Source of the DNA: Holothuria leucospilota
Lineage: Eukaryota
Assembly: GCA_029531755.1 (NCBI GenBank)
Contig: CM055969.1
Span: 23,815,285-23,879,284 of the forward strand
DNA length: 64,000 nucleotides
Reading direction: 5' to 3'
This document shows positions 11,247 through 23,400 of this stretch, piece after piece. Within the stretch, counting starts at the first letter, position 1. The number at the start of each line of letters is the position of its first letter. Both the position numbers and the translations under genes were made by a program. The notes beneath the pieces were generated by a model. It did no database searches and had not been told where the DNA came from. It was given only the letters and a program-made list of their open reading frames with translations.

Positions 11247-13319
11247 TTAGAAAAACACGATTGCGCAATAAAATCACCTTGTTAGCCTTGTGCCAGTCGT
11301 TTCTTATGCTTTGAATGTACTATGTATGCAAAGAATTTTGCAAACGTTTCTGAAGGTAGTGAAAAATATTTGATTAAATAAACGCCGTATCAAACTCACA
11401 TTAAATCTGGCCTACTCCAAACTGCAAGGGCTTGTCTAACATGCACTACAATTCTGCGTATTTGCAAGCAAATGCAGTTCTAGTTAGTTCAAAGCTTTGC
11501 CAGCGATTGCGCAATTTTGCACCTAAGCCAGGTCTTACATGTACGCCCTCACCTCAGCACCAGGGCTTTAGCCAGGATTTGAAAGTAGCCGTGTCTCACT
11601 TGTTACCGATTCACAAGGAACTATTCATCTGGCGCCGTGGGCATCAGCGCGAAGCCGCTCACGGTTGGGGTCCAGAGGGCGAAGCCCACTGGAAGCAACG
11701 GCTTTTTTCACACAATTAAGGCAAAAATCATGTTCACGAAGATGCTAAAACACCTAGATTAACACTTGAATTTTTTAGGCATCCAAACATCAAAAAATGA
11801 TGCAAAATCAAACTTAACTTGGAAGGGTGGACCAAGCCATTTGTTGGCGTCCCAAAAGCCGTTCTGCTCCAATTTGGCCGTCTCAAGACGGCGAGACGCA
11901 TCGCTGGCTAAGGCCTTGCTCAGCACCCTCCCTATTGCAAAGATGCCACTCATACACAGGTGAAAAATGAAGGGTCCGCCGGAGTGTCAATTATCTGTCG
12001 GCACGCCACTTAGTCCTCCTCTTAAAGAGTGTCATGAACTGCTCCCCTAGGGATTTCGCCCAGGCTACTGCCCTGCAGGCTAAAAGTGAAATTCCGTTGA
12101 ATCCTTCAGACTGGTCTCAGTACGTACCTAAATATAGCACTGAACTTTCCAACTGGCCTGTATACGGACTCTTACTAGTGTTTTATCTGAGAAATTTCAA
12201 CACGGAAAACAGAGACTTGCAGACCACAATCCTTACTTATTCTTAGCAAGTCGGGATTTAATAAATGTTTAAACGTAATATCAACAAAATATAGCCCCAT
12301 GTATCCTCGTTGGCGTTGCCAGTAACTTTTGGGAAGTGTACAAGTAGGAAGTATAAAAACGCTGTACGTAGGTATCTGTAGGCGGCAACATTAATTGGGT
12401 TACGACGGAAGCTGTCAATTACCAGCACCAAAAAAGCACAAATCATTTTTTTTTCTTTTTGGCATCGCACACGACACAAATTCTTGGCATTTTGCCTTTC
12501 ATGCCGATTTGCTGATTAGCGTTCTCTGACTTGAGTGGCTATTAAATGTACTGCAGATTTTCCCTCTCGTGGCCCTCGCAATAGCCCCACCAAAGGGGTA
12601 TTTAATTGTCCTCCGTCCTCAGAATGAGTCCTGGTACTCTCCACCAGTGTTGAAAGAATAAAAGCTATATGATCAAAATGTCAAGGTAAACAGTTTTAGA
12701 CCCATTAAAGACAGACACTCATCACCCCAAAGTACACTTTTACTTGGGGAAAGCAAAACTCTCAGTCGGTGATTGCTCTTTGATTGACATCAAATTCAAA
12801 ACATTCAGAGTATCTCACATTACACAACATACACATAGAGTGTTGTGATTACATATTATGGCCTTTTATGCTCACCAGGATAGGCTCAAGCAATAAAGTA
12901 GGTTTGTGTCTGCACAAGGAGGAGATAAAGACAGTTATGGGAAGGGGTAGAAGTGACTTAGTTGGGTGAATTGGATTATTTTGGGAGGAGAAAATTTGCC
13001 CTTTAACTCCCTGTCATAATACCTTCAACTGTTTCTTCTTAGATTGTATATACAAGGTCGTCACGATCTCCCGTTATATTACGTTTTCACAAGGCTGTTC
13101 TGCATTGTGCACGGGTTCAGGGGCGTGCATACGCGTGTGGGGTGTGACACTCGGGGCTTTAAAAATCGAAGGTCTCTAAGTGATTCCTAGCAGTTCCTTA
13201 TAAGGGACATTTCGAGATTTTAGATATTAATCATTTAAAAAGTAGTAAAACGTAGTAAAATGTATTACAAGACGCGATTGCTTCAGCGTCCTTCTTGGGC
13301 TTTCGTTTCAGATGGTTAA

Positions 13320-13743
13320 AGTGGGTATGACACGGCCAAAGTACGTTTCTCAGTAAATATTCTTTGGGTACAGCTTGAAATAAAGCGAATGTTTTCCCGA
13401 CTAAACTACGTCCATAAACACAGTAATACGACCTTGTGAATTCCCAAATTATATGCCAGACTCAGCCCTTTTCATGAAGTCGCTTTGATAACTTTACCAA
13501 GCGTTTCATTAGTTCCACATCTATATGCGCGTCCTTAATAGCGCAGTGATTGTGCGGCCAATTGCGTCATAAAAGTCAGGTGACCTGTTGCGGCATTTTT
13601 CGAAATTGGATTTTGAACGTTTTACTTCAAATTTCATTTATGCCGAATGGTACCGGTTTTAACTGTGTGTGAGATGATATTTATAAAATACTGTATCCAA
13701 TCTTGCAATACACAAAAGTTATTTTGGCGGTTTCATGCCCACT
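13320..13743 (-). mobile_element. Short 424-bp MITE copy of the same TTAA-flanked TIR element, in opposite orientation.
   Basis: 13320-13343 AGTGGGTATGACACGGCCAAAG and 13722-13743 ...TTTCATGCCCACT, flanked by TTAA at 13316-13319 and 13744-13747. The interior is the reverse complement of 3923-4230 joined to 5575-5718. Confidence 0.7.
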
Positions 13744-15722
13744 TTAAGTCATAAATACCTCCAACATGGCAGCTTGAGTGGTATTATTGCTGCAAAACCT
13801 CATGTAATCCCTATCATCATTTGTCTGCCCACTCATTAATTCCCTGTATTATCAACTTGCTCAGCCCTAGCCGTTATTTCTAGTTAGGTTACATTATTTA
13901 AAGAAGCCCGCTGTAAAATTTAAAGTCAAATTTTAAGTTTTCGGTGTGTCTACTGTGTTTCCAGTGTCCTTTGAACCATGGAAGTACTACCGAGGTAGTA
14001 CTTCCATGTTTGAACATAGTTACGTTTCATTGCACACAAGTTTGTTATCATCTTAGGTCAATGTGGCCGTGGTCGTCTCGACTTGAAACAATTGGTTGGA
14101 AACTGGGACGTTAAACCTCATCTAACTAACTGGATCAATGTGAAATGATCGATAATGTGTTAGTTTTACCTATATGTCAGCATATGCTCAGCATCTGCTT
14201 TGGTGCTGACGAATAGTGAGTTTCGCAAGACTGTTTCAGTAATCAGGAAGAACAAAATATTGGAAATTTTCTCCTTTCAACTAGACTTGGCAAAGTCTAC
14301 CATTCAACTTGATGTTTATAAAGGTAGCTTTGGTTGATAATTACCATGCTCCTTAGTTAAAGTATATTAACTGAGTTTGGATATTTTATGTCTTTATTAT
14401 TCAAGTTTGTGTTTCATCATTTGCACATCGCACACTGTACACCCTTCTTCTTTCAAATAGGCCTAACACAGTCCAAGCAGTCAGGAATGCATGAAGGGCT
14501 GACTATGAATCGTACGGATTTTAGCGCCTGGGAAATCACACACAGTTAGGGCTCCAGATTTTTGTACAGGGAATAACTCTCGGGCTTACAGGTATAAAAG
14601 GGTTTTTCAGGGATGCTGGTGGGGTTCAACCGGCGCAGACCCATCTATTTTTTGCTGTCGGCGTTTGATACATCTAAATTTTCTAATTTCCAAGCTTTCT
14701 GTTCTCATGTCTTTATTCTTCGTTATTATTGTTGCTGAAAACGTTGGAAATTTCATTGGCCTAATTTAGAATTGTAAGGCCACTATAACCTGGGGCATCC
14801 CATATGAGGGTATCTAAATCTCCAAACGTGAGCGGAGGACTCATGCCTTTCGGATGCAAGTTCGGTGCTCTTAAGTGAGGGACTTGTACATCTCCTGTCT
14901 CCAAGCTCTGTATCCGCCCTTGCCAAGTAATGGCATTTAAGTTGGGAGTGGGGTATTTTAGGACATCTTGGGTCATGGTTGTGTGTCTGAGATTCCTACT
15001 GGGTCATGGTCCAAAAGTTAAACTACGGCAGATGTGAAACACTACTAAACTGTCTTTTAAATGTCATTTTTTGGAACGCTTGGCAAGCACCCACCTCAGC
15101 TATGCTACTTTTCTCATTATAACTTCCTTTAGGGCAGCCTGAAAGCACTTTGGAGGCATCAAATGCGCCCAGCAAAAATAGATGGGTTCGCTCTAAAATC
15201 CTATGGAACCTAACATCGTTCATCGCACAAACCCACATGCCCTCGTATCATCAAATCAACTAGCTGTTAGTCCGAGGTATTCTATTATTAAGAAAAAATG
15301 TCAAAAGTTTGATTGTTGTAGCCTGTTAAGTCCGATTTCAATGTAATTTGAAGATAAACACATGTTTCATTCTAATCCCAACAATTTTGCTAATGCCTCT
15401 GAGCTTCCGGAGGCTTTGCTCCCTGGGACCTGGACAGCACACACTCGGAGGAGGGTTCTCGCTCTTGTGGCGTCTTTGGTACTATTTATCATGATGTTCA
15501 GTTAAGTGCCACTCCTCATCACGTTTACCCCTTATATTTGAATATAGTAGAAATGAAATCATAAAGCAAACCCCACCTGCTTTCGCTTTAGGGCCACTGA
15601 CGTTTTGGACCTGCGACCTGCCGATAAGGGGAGTCGGTGTCAAAAAAGCGATCGCCAAAAATCAGTCCGCCTCCTTTTGAAAGTGTTTTTGCATGTACGC
15701 TCCTGAGAAGTGGCAACGCAAC

Positions 15723-15725
15723 TAA

Positions 15726-15766
<41 letters not shown>

Positions 15767-15878
15767 CTATATATATATAGGCTATATATATATATATATA
15801 AATATATATCTATATATCTATTTATAACTATATATATATATATATATCTATATATCTATTTCAATATATCTTTATCTT

Positions 15879-15958
<80 letters not shown>
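15723..15958. repeat. Compound (TA)n/(TATC)n microsatellite.
   Basis: Direct reading. Confidence 0.9.
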
Positions 15959-15961
<3 letters not shown>

Positions 15962-16117
15962 TTGGTGCTGTTTTTCCCTTTGCCGATAGTTGACTCCCAC
16001 CATTTTCCCTTTCAATCATACTAATATTTTTTGGTGTGGTCCGTGAATCCGTTGCTGGATCCTACTGGCATATTTCGAGAATATCGTTGGTTTCCGGCTT
16101 CTAGATTCAAGATATCA

Positions 16118-16225
<108 letters not shown>

Positions 16226-16631
16226 ACGGTTGTGCAGGTACCGACAGTAGAAAGCTGTACGAATAACAGAGTTAGTCATTAAGTTGCACTCCCATGTCAA
16301 CGGACTTAATAAGGACACATAATTTTTATCGCATTATTCGATCGATAGGTAAAGCTTCATTGCCTCCGTCAAGTTCTATTAGCTGACTGAGTGTTATTTC
16401 TGAAGAAGATCACAGCAGGGAAGTGATAATATCACCTCCCTGATCACAGGGTGATCGAAACGTCATTACATTGCGAACATATGTTTTCTATTACCTGTTG
16501 GAATAGCGCTATATTTTTCTTATCATAATATATATATATATATATTGCAAAAGATATCCACGTATGCTCCATAAATAATATACGCGATGATAAATAGTGA
16601 GTTACACAGGGGTGACATAATAACACCATTA

Positions 16632-16668
<37 letters not shown>

Positions 16669-16746
16669 GTATATATATATACAGTTATATACACGCATAT
16701 AACTGTCTCTTACTCTTATAATGTCACCCCTGTGTACCTCACTATA

Positions 16747-16750
<4 letters not shown>

Positions 16751-16841
<91 letters not shown>
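16751..16841. repeat. (AT)n microsatellite interrupting the left arm of the PLE palindrome. Shorter (AT)n tracts lie at 16526-16545 and 16637-16680.
   Basis: Direct reading. Confidence 0.9.
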
Positions 16842-16844
<3 letters not shown>

Positions 16845-17004
16845 AAATAAATAATAATAATAAGTAGAACACACCACAAAGATGACAATACGAGAGCACA
16901 GATACGGTAACAGAATAGCGTATATTTCGGACACTCCTGTGTCCTTCTTCAGCGCAAAATGTGAAGTGAAGTTTAATTTACAAATAACAGACACAGAAAT
17001 GAGG

Positions 17005-17697
17005 TTAAACCCCTTGACGAGGGTGATAAATCACAGAGGGGAAATCGCTTAGGATGCCCAGGTCCTTGTTTAGGCCACGGGTGTGTGTGGACAGTTTTAT
17101 TACCCACTTGCTTTCGGATTTGAGTCTTTGAGTGACAGACGGGTAATTAGAACCGAGCAGAATACATCTTAAATTAGATAAAGAGTGGTTAGGTTCACTA
17201 CTGAAATGTTTTGATACAGGATAGCTTATTGATTTATCCTGCACAGTTTTCTTGTGGTTATTAAACCTCAGCCTAAATTTGGTGCCGGTCTGACCGACAT
17301 AGTTGCCTTTGTCACACAAATTGCAGCATAATAAATATACTACATTAGGCGTGTCACAATCCAGGGGAGGGGGACGGATGTTGCAAACAGTGCCGGGAGG
17401 AGTAAATGTTTCGTCCGTGATAATGAACCGACACACTTGACACCTAGGCTTGCCACACTTTTTATTGCCTATGTTCCCAACAGTAAGAAGCCTGGAGGAT
17501 GTAAGGAGAGATTTGAGGTTGGGGGGTTGCCGTCTCGCAGTTAAAGGGGGATCATCAAAAAGTTCGGAAATGGACTTGTCTGTCCGAAGAATACTGAAAT
17601 CTGAACGTATACATTTATGTAGGCCCTCAGTTTTAGGGGAATAGTCAAAGACAAGTGGGATACGTGAATTTTCGACTTTAGGTTTGTAACATAACAA
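17005..17697 (-). mobile_element. ORF of the Penelope-like element left arm. It encodes the C-terminal portion with CX2C...C Zn-finger-like motifs and a GIY-YIG endonuclease domain.
   Basis: The protein ...CGKPRCQVCRF...CNIRPPPLDCDTPNVVYLLCCNLCDKGNYVGQTGTKFRLRFNNHKKTV...SKHF...KSESKWVIKLSTHTRGLN shows the GIY (VVYLL), YIG (YVGQT), Arg (RLRFNNH), Glu and Asn motifs. These are typical of PLE GIY-YIG endonucleases. The N-terminus is truncated at the palindrome centre. Confidence 0.7.
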
Positions 17698-17769
17698 TTT
17701 ATCCCTGCGGTAAACGGAAGCTTTACTAATTCCCTAATTAGTAAAGCTTCCGTTTACCGCAGGGATAAA

Positions 17770-18462
17770 TTGTTATGTTACAAACCTAAAGTCGAAAATT
17801 CACGTATCCCACTTGTCTTTGACTATTCCCCTAAAACTGAGGGCCTACATAAATGTATACGTTCAGATTTCAGTATTCTTCGGACAGACAATTCCATTTC
17901 CGAACTTTTTGATGATCCCCCTTTAACTGCGAGACGGCAACCCCCCAACCTCAAATCTCTCCTTACATCCTCCAGGCTTCTTACTGTTGGGAACATAGGC
18001 AATAAAAAGTGTGGCAAGCCTAGGTGTCAAGTGTGTCGGTTCATTATCACGGACGAAACATTTACTCCTCCCGGCACTGTTTGCAACATCCGTCCCCCTC
18101 CCCTGGATTGTGACACGCCTAATGTAGTATATTTATTATGCTGCAATTTGTGTGACAAAGGCAACTATGTCGGTCAGACCGGCACCAAATTTAGGCTGAG
18201 GTTTAATAACCACAAGAAAACTGTGCAGGATAAATCAATAAGCTATCCTGTATCAAAACATTTCAGTAGTGAACCTAACCACTCTTTATCTAATTTAAGA
18301 TGTATTCTGCTCGGTTCTAATTACCCGTCTGTCACTCAAAGACTCAAATCCGAAAGCAAGTGGGTAATAAAACTGTCCACACACACCCGTGGCCTAAACA
18401 AGGACCTGGGCATCCTAAGCGATTTCCCCTCTGTGATTTATCACCCTCGTCAAGGGGTTTAA
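17770..18462 (+). mobile_element. ORF of the Penelope-like element right arm, a mirror copy with the GIY-YIG EN domain.
   Basis: Reverse-complement duplicate of 17005..17697. It differs by one codon (RTDNSISELF vs RTDKSISELF). Confidence 0.7.
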
Positions 18463-18648
18463 CCTCATTTCTGTGTCTGTTATTTGTAAATTAAACTTCA
18501 CTTCACATTTTGCGCTGAAGAAGGACACAGGAGTGTCCGAAATATACGCTATTCTGTTACCGTATCTGTGCTCTCGTATTGTCATCTTTGTGGTGTGTTC
18601 TACTTATTATTATTTTTATGTTTCATGGAGCATACGTGGATTTTCTCT

Positions 18649-18654
<6 letters not shown>

Positions 18655-18711
<57 letters not shown>
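18655..18711. repeat. (AT)n microsatellite at the right edge of the PLE palindrome.
   Basis: Direct reading. Confidence 0.9.
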
Positions 18712-18714
<3 letters not shown>

Positions 18715-19654
18715 CCTGAACATACACATATATGGCATAGATATGTAGAGGGGTCTCGGCACGAGTGCTCGACTAGACAGGATATTCAATGCCCTCAGAG
18801 ACCAGTCGGACACCAAGACTCAGGCGCGGTTTTACGGGGGGGGGGGCTTTTGGGGGCTCAAGCCCCTCCAAAATTCGCTCAAGCCCCCCAAAAAATTTTC
18901 AGAGGTTGTGTTATGCTATTTTGCGTGTACTGAGAAAAACAAAATTGCCCAATACACTTGTGCACATCCTCGTCCAGTGGATTTAGTTTGTCAAGGGAAA
19001 CTGTCGTCTGTGTCTCGAAATCACATATTAGGTTCACGATTTCATACAATGGAAGCTGGGTCAGACAGTCAGATAAGTAACATATATAGGTAACATCTAT
19101 GATAGTATGTACGTACATGTAAATCAAGTTAACGGATTAATCATCTGTTGAAAGTTCAAAACGAGTCATTTCGTCGCTGATCTCGTCAAGCTATACTAGC
19201 AGTCCTTTTAAGTCAAATCTACAGGCCGAATCGTTATTCCCATTACGGTGAACAAGTCCAGTTGCTCGTATCTCTCAGTTACGTTTGCTACATTCTTCCA
19301 AATAAAAAAATATATGCCTGTATATACGTTACATCTATGTCATGGTCAGGGGCGGTACCACTCGGGGGGAAGGGAAGCCTACCCCCTGTAATTTGCAGGA
19401 AAAGAGAAAAACAGTAGGAAAAGAAGACGGAAAGGAGAAGAAAAGAGGAGGGCGGGGTAGGCCTATATCTGATCCATATAGTTAATCCAGAGCTCCCAAG
19501 AGGCCATTTTCCGGTTTCTACCAGCCTTTAGATACGATTTTATAATGCACAAATGAGGCAAGGCAAATTTTCTTAATAGTTCGAGAATATTTCTGTCGAC
19601 TCCACGCACGTATTTTTGCGTAAAACTTTCCCCGACTAGAAGGCAGTAATGTGT

Positions 19655-20400
19655 CCAAAAGGGGACTTCAGGAGGTTTGTTGATACATACCCTTAGACAA
19701 AAAAGGCTCCTCTTTCACCTAACCAAAAATATTAAAAATGTTTGAAGCCATATAATCGGGTTCGAAAATATCCCAAAGACAACACCATTTTTGCATCTAA
19801 GTAACCTTCAAGTAACCAAAATTTCTCAAAAGACCCCTTCCCTTAGACCTATCCCCTAGAACAGCCCTCTTTTACCCAACCAAAAATTAGAATTCACGAC
19901 GTTATGAACATTTTCCAGCCATATATCAGTCAAAACTGTCCCGAAGACGGCAGCATTTTGCATCTTAGCAACCTTAAAGTAACCAAAATTTCTCACAGGA
20001 GAGGGAACACCCCTCCCTTTAGACTTCTCCCCTAGGACCGCCCTCTTTCCCCCAACCAAAAATTAGAATTCACAGTTATGAACATTTTTCAGCCATATAT
20101 ATCAGTCAAAAAATAAACCAAAGACCGCACCATTTTGCATCTTAGCACCCTTAAATTAGCAAAAATTTCTCAAAGGGAGGGGAATACCCTTCCCCTTAGA
20201 CCTCTCCCCTAAGAAAGCCCTCTTTCCCTCAACCAAAAATTAGAATTCACAAAGTTATGAACATTTTCCAGTCATATAGTCAACAAATTACCCAAAGAAC
20301 GCACCATTTTGCATCTTAGCAACCTTAAATTAGCAAAAATTTCTCAGAGGAAGGGGACGACCCCTCCCCTTAGACCCCTCCCCCAGGACGGCGATCACTC
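19655..20400 (+). repeat. Tandem satellite of ~4.3 units with a ~177-178-bp period. The unit contains aaccaaaaattagaattcac...ccattttgcatcttagcaaccttaaa...aaaatttctcaaag...ccctcccc ttagacc.
   Basis: Motif recurrence at ~19711, 19876, 20053 and 20231. A divergent 2-unit array with the same period lies at 9850-10230. Confidence 0.75.
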
Positions 20401-23400
20401 AACCCATGTCCCCTATCAAAATAACCTTGCGCCGTCCCTGGTTATGGTCACGGTACTGTTTTTATTATCATTGGTTTCAGCGTGCGCGTGGCCGATTTAC
20501 ATATTTGAGAGAAAATTTTATGATTCTTCCGTTTCAAGCCCCCCTAAGCCCCCCAAAGTCTCGATCTAGAACCGCGCCTGCCAAGACTGGGTGAGACCCA
20601 GGGCCGAAATTTGAGACTGTCGATTTCTACAGCACGGACGGGAAGCAGAAGATACCACATGTTGTACCAGGAAGCTGGCAGCTCCCTGGTTCTACCAAAA
20701 GTGAGCTTGCAACCGAGCTTGTGATGTCGTAGTTTCTCGTTGATGACCGATGCTTCGTCACATCTGGCTTTAAACTTCAAAAATCTGATTATACCATGAG
20801 TCTCTCCAGTGAGCATTGCAAGTTTGTAAACTTCACGTATGTCATTTGTGCAAACGGGTAACCAAATGCCAGGTCAAAAATTAATGAATAAAGCTGAGAA
20901 AACTTCGTAGGTGTAAATTTGCTCCATCTCGGTTAGTGTTTGCCTAAAAGCCGGAAAGCTGAACTTTTCTTCTTAGTCTGTCCCCTGTAGATATTATTGT
21001 GCCGGTCACTAAAACCCGAATGTATTGTAGCTAGCACATATAGATAAGTGTTACTGATTATGTCCACGAGTCATGTACACTGGCGTTCACGAGAAATACT
21101 TCAGAAAATTTGGTGCTTTTGACACATAATACGGAGTAATTCCATTTCCCATCCAAAGACTATAAGAACACGTGGTCTTCGACTGTCTATCCCGGCATAC
21201 GTTGGGATGTTGGGACCATATTCTGCTGAGCATTAACTGTTTGCTGTGACCGGAAGCAGCTATAAGAGTGTGGGACTACTTTCAATTGGGGATGAATATT
21301 TCAGGTCAAACTTTTGATGCAAAATGTCACACGTTAGCTAGACAGAAAGCAGGGCTGGCGCCAGAATTTACTCGACGGGGTCAGCAACTCGAAGCCCCGA
21401 CAAAGGCGACGAGTTGCCGGAAGGATGTAGAACGTAAACCTTCTCGCGCCGAAAAGTTTTTGCCTTTTGCCTACTTTTAAGAAAAATTGAAAAATTTGGG
21501 CTTTTTGTTTAGGGAAATTTGAAAAATTTCGTGTTTTATTTAAAACAGTTTTAAAAGCAGGTGTTTATTGAAGAATCTGCCCTTCCTATAAGAGCAGAAT
21601 CAAGAAGGTCGTTGGGGCGACTGACTGTAGTCGGAATTACATATTTTTATCGTTACGCATTAAGGTTCCCCGACGAAAGTGGCAAATTTCCCTGCCCCTT
21701 CCCAGAGGAAGCCGTGTCCCCTTCCCTCCCCCTCTGGCGCCACACCTGAAAAATAGTATCAATCCTGTTTCGCCTCTCCGCAGCCCCTATGAACATTTCA
21801 CACTTGACAGAGCTGCATACAACATTTTCCAGTCAGGAGAGGCTTACTGTTCTATGGAATAGTTTACACTTATGTCAATCCGTCACCATGTTCGAATTCT
21901 AGACCCCCGAATCTAAGATGTGTTTTGGGTGATAAAAGAACCTTCCTTTTAAAAGTTAATCAAACGAATGACAGCAAGAAGAAAATATTGCAGGGGAACT
22001 GTAAGGTTCGGTGACATCACATCCGTGTATATGGATGCAAGTCATGTTGTGCCAGGTGAAATCATATCCGACCATCTGGATATGCTAAGTAAAGTTTATA
22101 TAGGACCACTGAGCATTTTGTAGGTGTACCCCAAACTTCCACTGTATCATGTTAATTCCGTTTACCTTACCATACAAACCAGCATGTCTTGAAACCTGCT
22201 CATTGATTAGAATTGTGAAGGGATTTTGCATTCGATATTTTTCCTCGTACAAAATCAATACTTGCGATACCCGGGAATTTAAATACCCTAAAACATCCAA
22301 GGCGCGAAACCTGTTCGTGAATAGATGCCCGCAGATTAAGCGGAGCGTACGTTTTTCAGTGTCATTGTGAAGTAAAACCGTTTTGTGTAGTGTGATAATT
22401 GAATATAATTCTGTGAGTAAGGTTGTCTAACGGTTGCTATATTCTAACGGGAGTAAAGCTGCAGGTTTTGCCTTCAGTGGGAGATCTCTCACTGACAGGA
22501 ATTTCATATATATTATAACGGGATGAAGATGGGTGGTTTGTTTATGTTCCCGCTTCTTCTCCACTTCGTCGAAGGATCATTGTTGTTGTCATCTTTGGAG
22601 AATAACCGAGAACTTTTGCACAACACGGTAAGATTGTAAGAAATGTAAAATTTTAACTTTGTTATTAAGTTTGAGTAACTAGCCGACATAAAACAAAAAG
22701 AGTATTTGTAAACAACCTGAGGTGGTGACATTCCAAGTACTTGTATGTAGAACAAACAGGTAACGGGACTAATTTTAAAGTTAGTAAAAAATTCAGAGGT
22801 TGCAATTTTTCTCGTTGAAATAGATTAGGTCTAGTTAAGTAATAATCGAACACTAAAATAAAACAGCCATACAGAGGGGCCCGCTCGTACCAATATTTTC
22901 TTGGATAACGTTTCACAGATATCAAAACGGAGGGGGAAGTGTCACCGAAGAGAAACGTAACTCATTTGGACTTTCAACCTAGCGGCCACCGTCAGACGGA
23001 GCTTGCATTTCATGTGATTCGGCTTATGCTCCCACTACTCAAAGTGGTCCAATTTCACGACCCTCCCCTCATTTTTTACTTTTTGGCAAGGCCCCTTGCA
23101 GCGAGAGTGTTCTTTCCCTGCTTTTGCTAATGAAGTATCAGATTTGTCGGATCCTGCATCTTACTTCATGTAGCCTTCTTATTCAGTGAGAAGAAAGCCA
23201 TTGTCAGGAATCCACCTGGGCTCATTAAGGACCCTGTACTGGGAGATCGTGGATAAACGCACCAATAATTATAACATGTTCTTGTTACTTGCAATCTGGG
23301 TTAGTGTGTAAGTCTATCGTTCCCAGTTAGCTATGTATTGCTACCAGTGCTCACTATGGCCCGGGGGGAGACTAAAACTAATTTATGCAATATGATTTTC

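Larger units (their letters stand above)
16545..18660. mobile_element. Near-perfect palindrome of ~1.05-kb arms around a ~4-bp centre (~17732). It consists of two head-to-head, 5'-truncated copies of a Penelope-like retroelement 3' region (GIY-YIG EN domain plus 3' UTR). The left arm is interrupted by (AT)n.
   Basis: 17005..17697 (-) and 17770..18462 (+) encode 230-aa proteins identical except for one residue (K/N). The central sequence ...gcggtaaacggaagctttactaatt ccct aattagtaaagcttccgtttaccgc... is palindromic. The outer arms (16860-17004 vs 18463-18610; 16545-16570 vs 18618-18660) are also reverse complements. Confidence 0.8.

Noticed and set aside
14620-15195. Short inverted repeat gcagacccatctattttttgctg / cagcaaaaatagatgggttcgc, ~540 bp apart
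   Set aside because: It is only ~23 bp with no further collinearity. It could be a chance match or a decayed MITE, so it was not called.
17005-18462. Treating the duplicated 230-aa ORF as a cellular gene, or as a bacterial homing endonuclease
   Set aside because: The GIY-YIG domain with a preceding Cys-rich motif, the truncation at a palindromic junction and the microsatellite context fit a Penelope-like retroelement fragment. The sequence context is eukaryotic.
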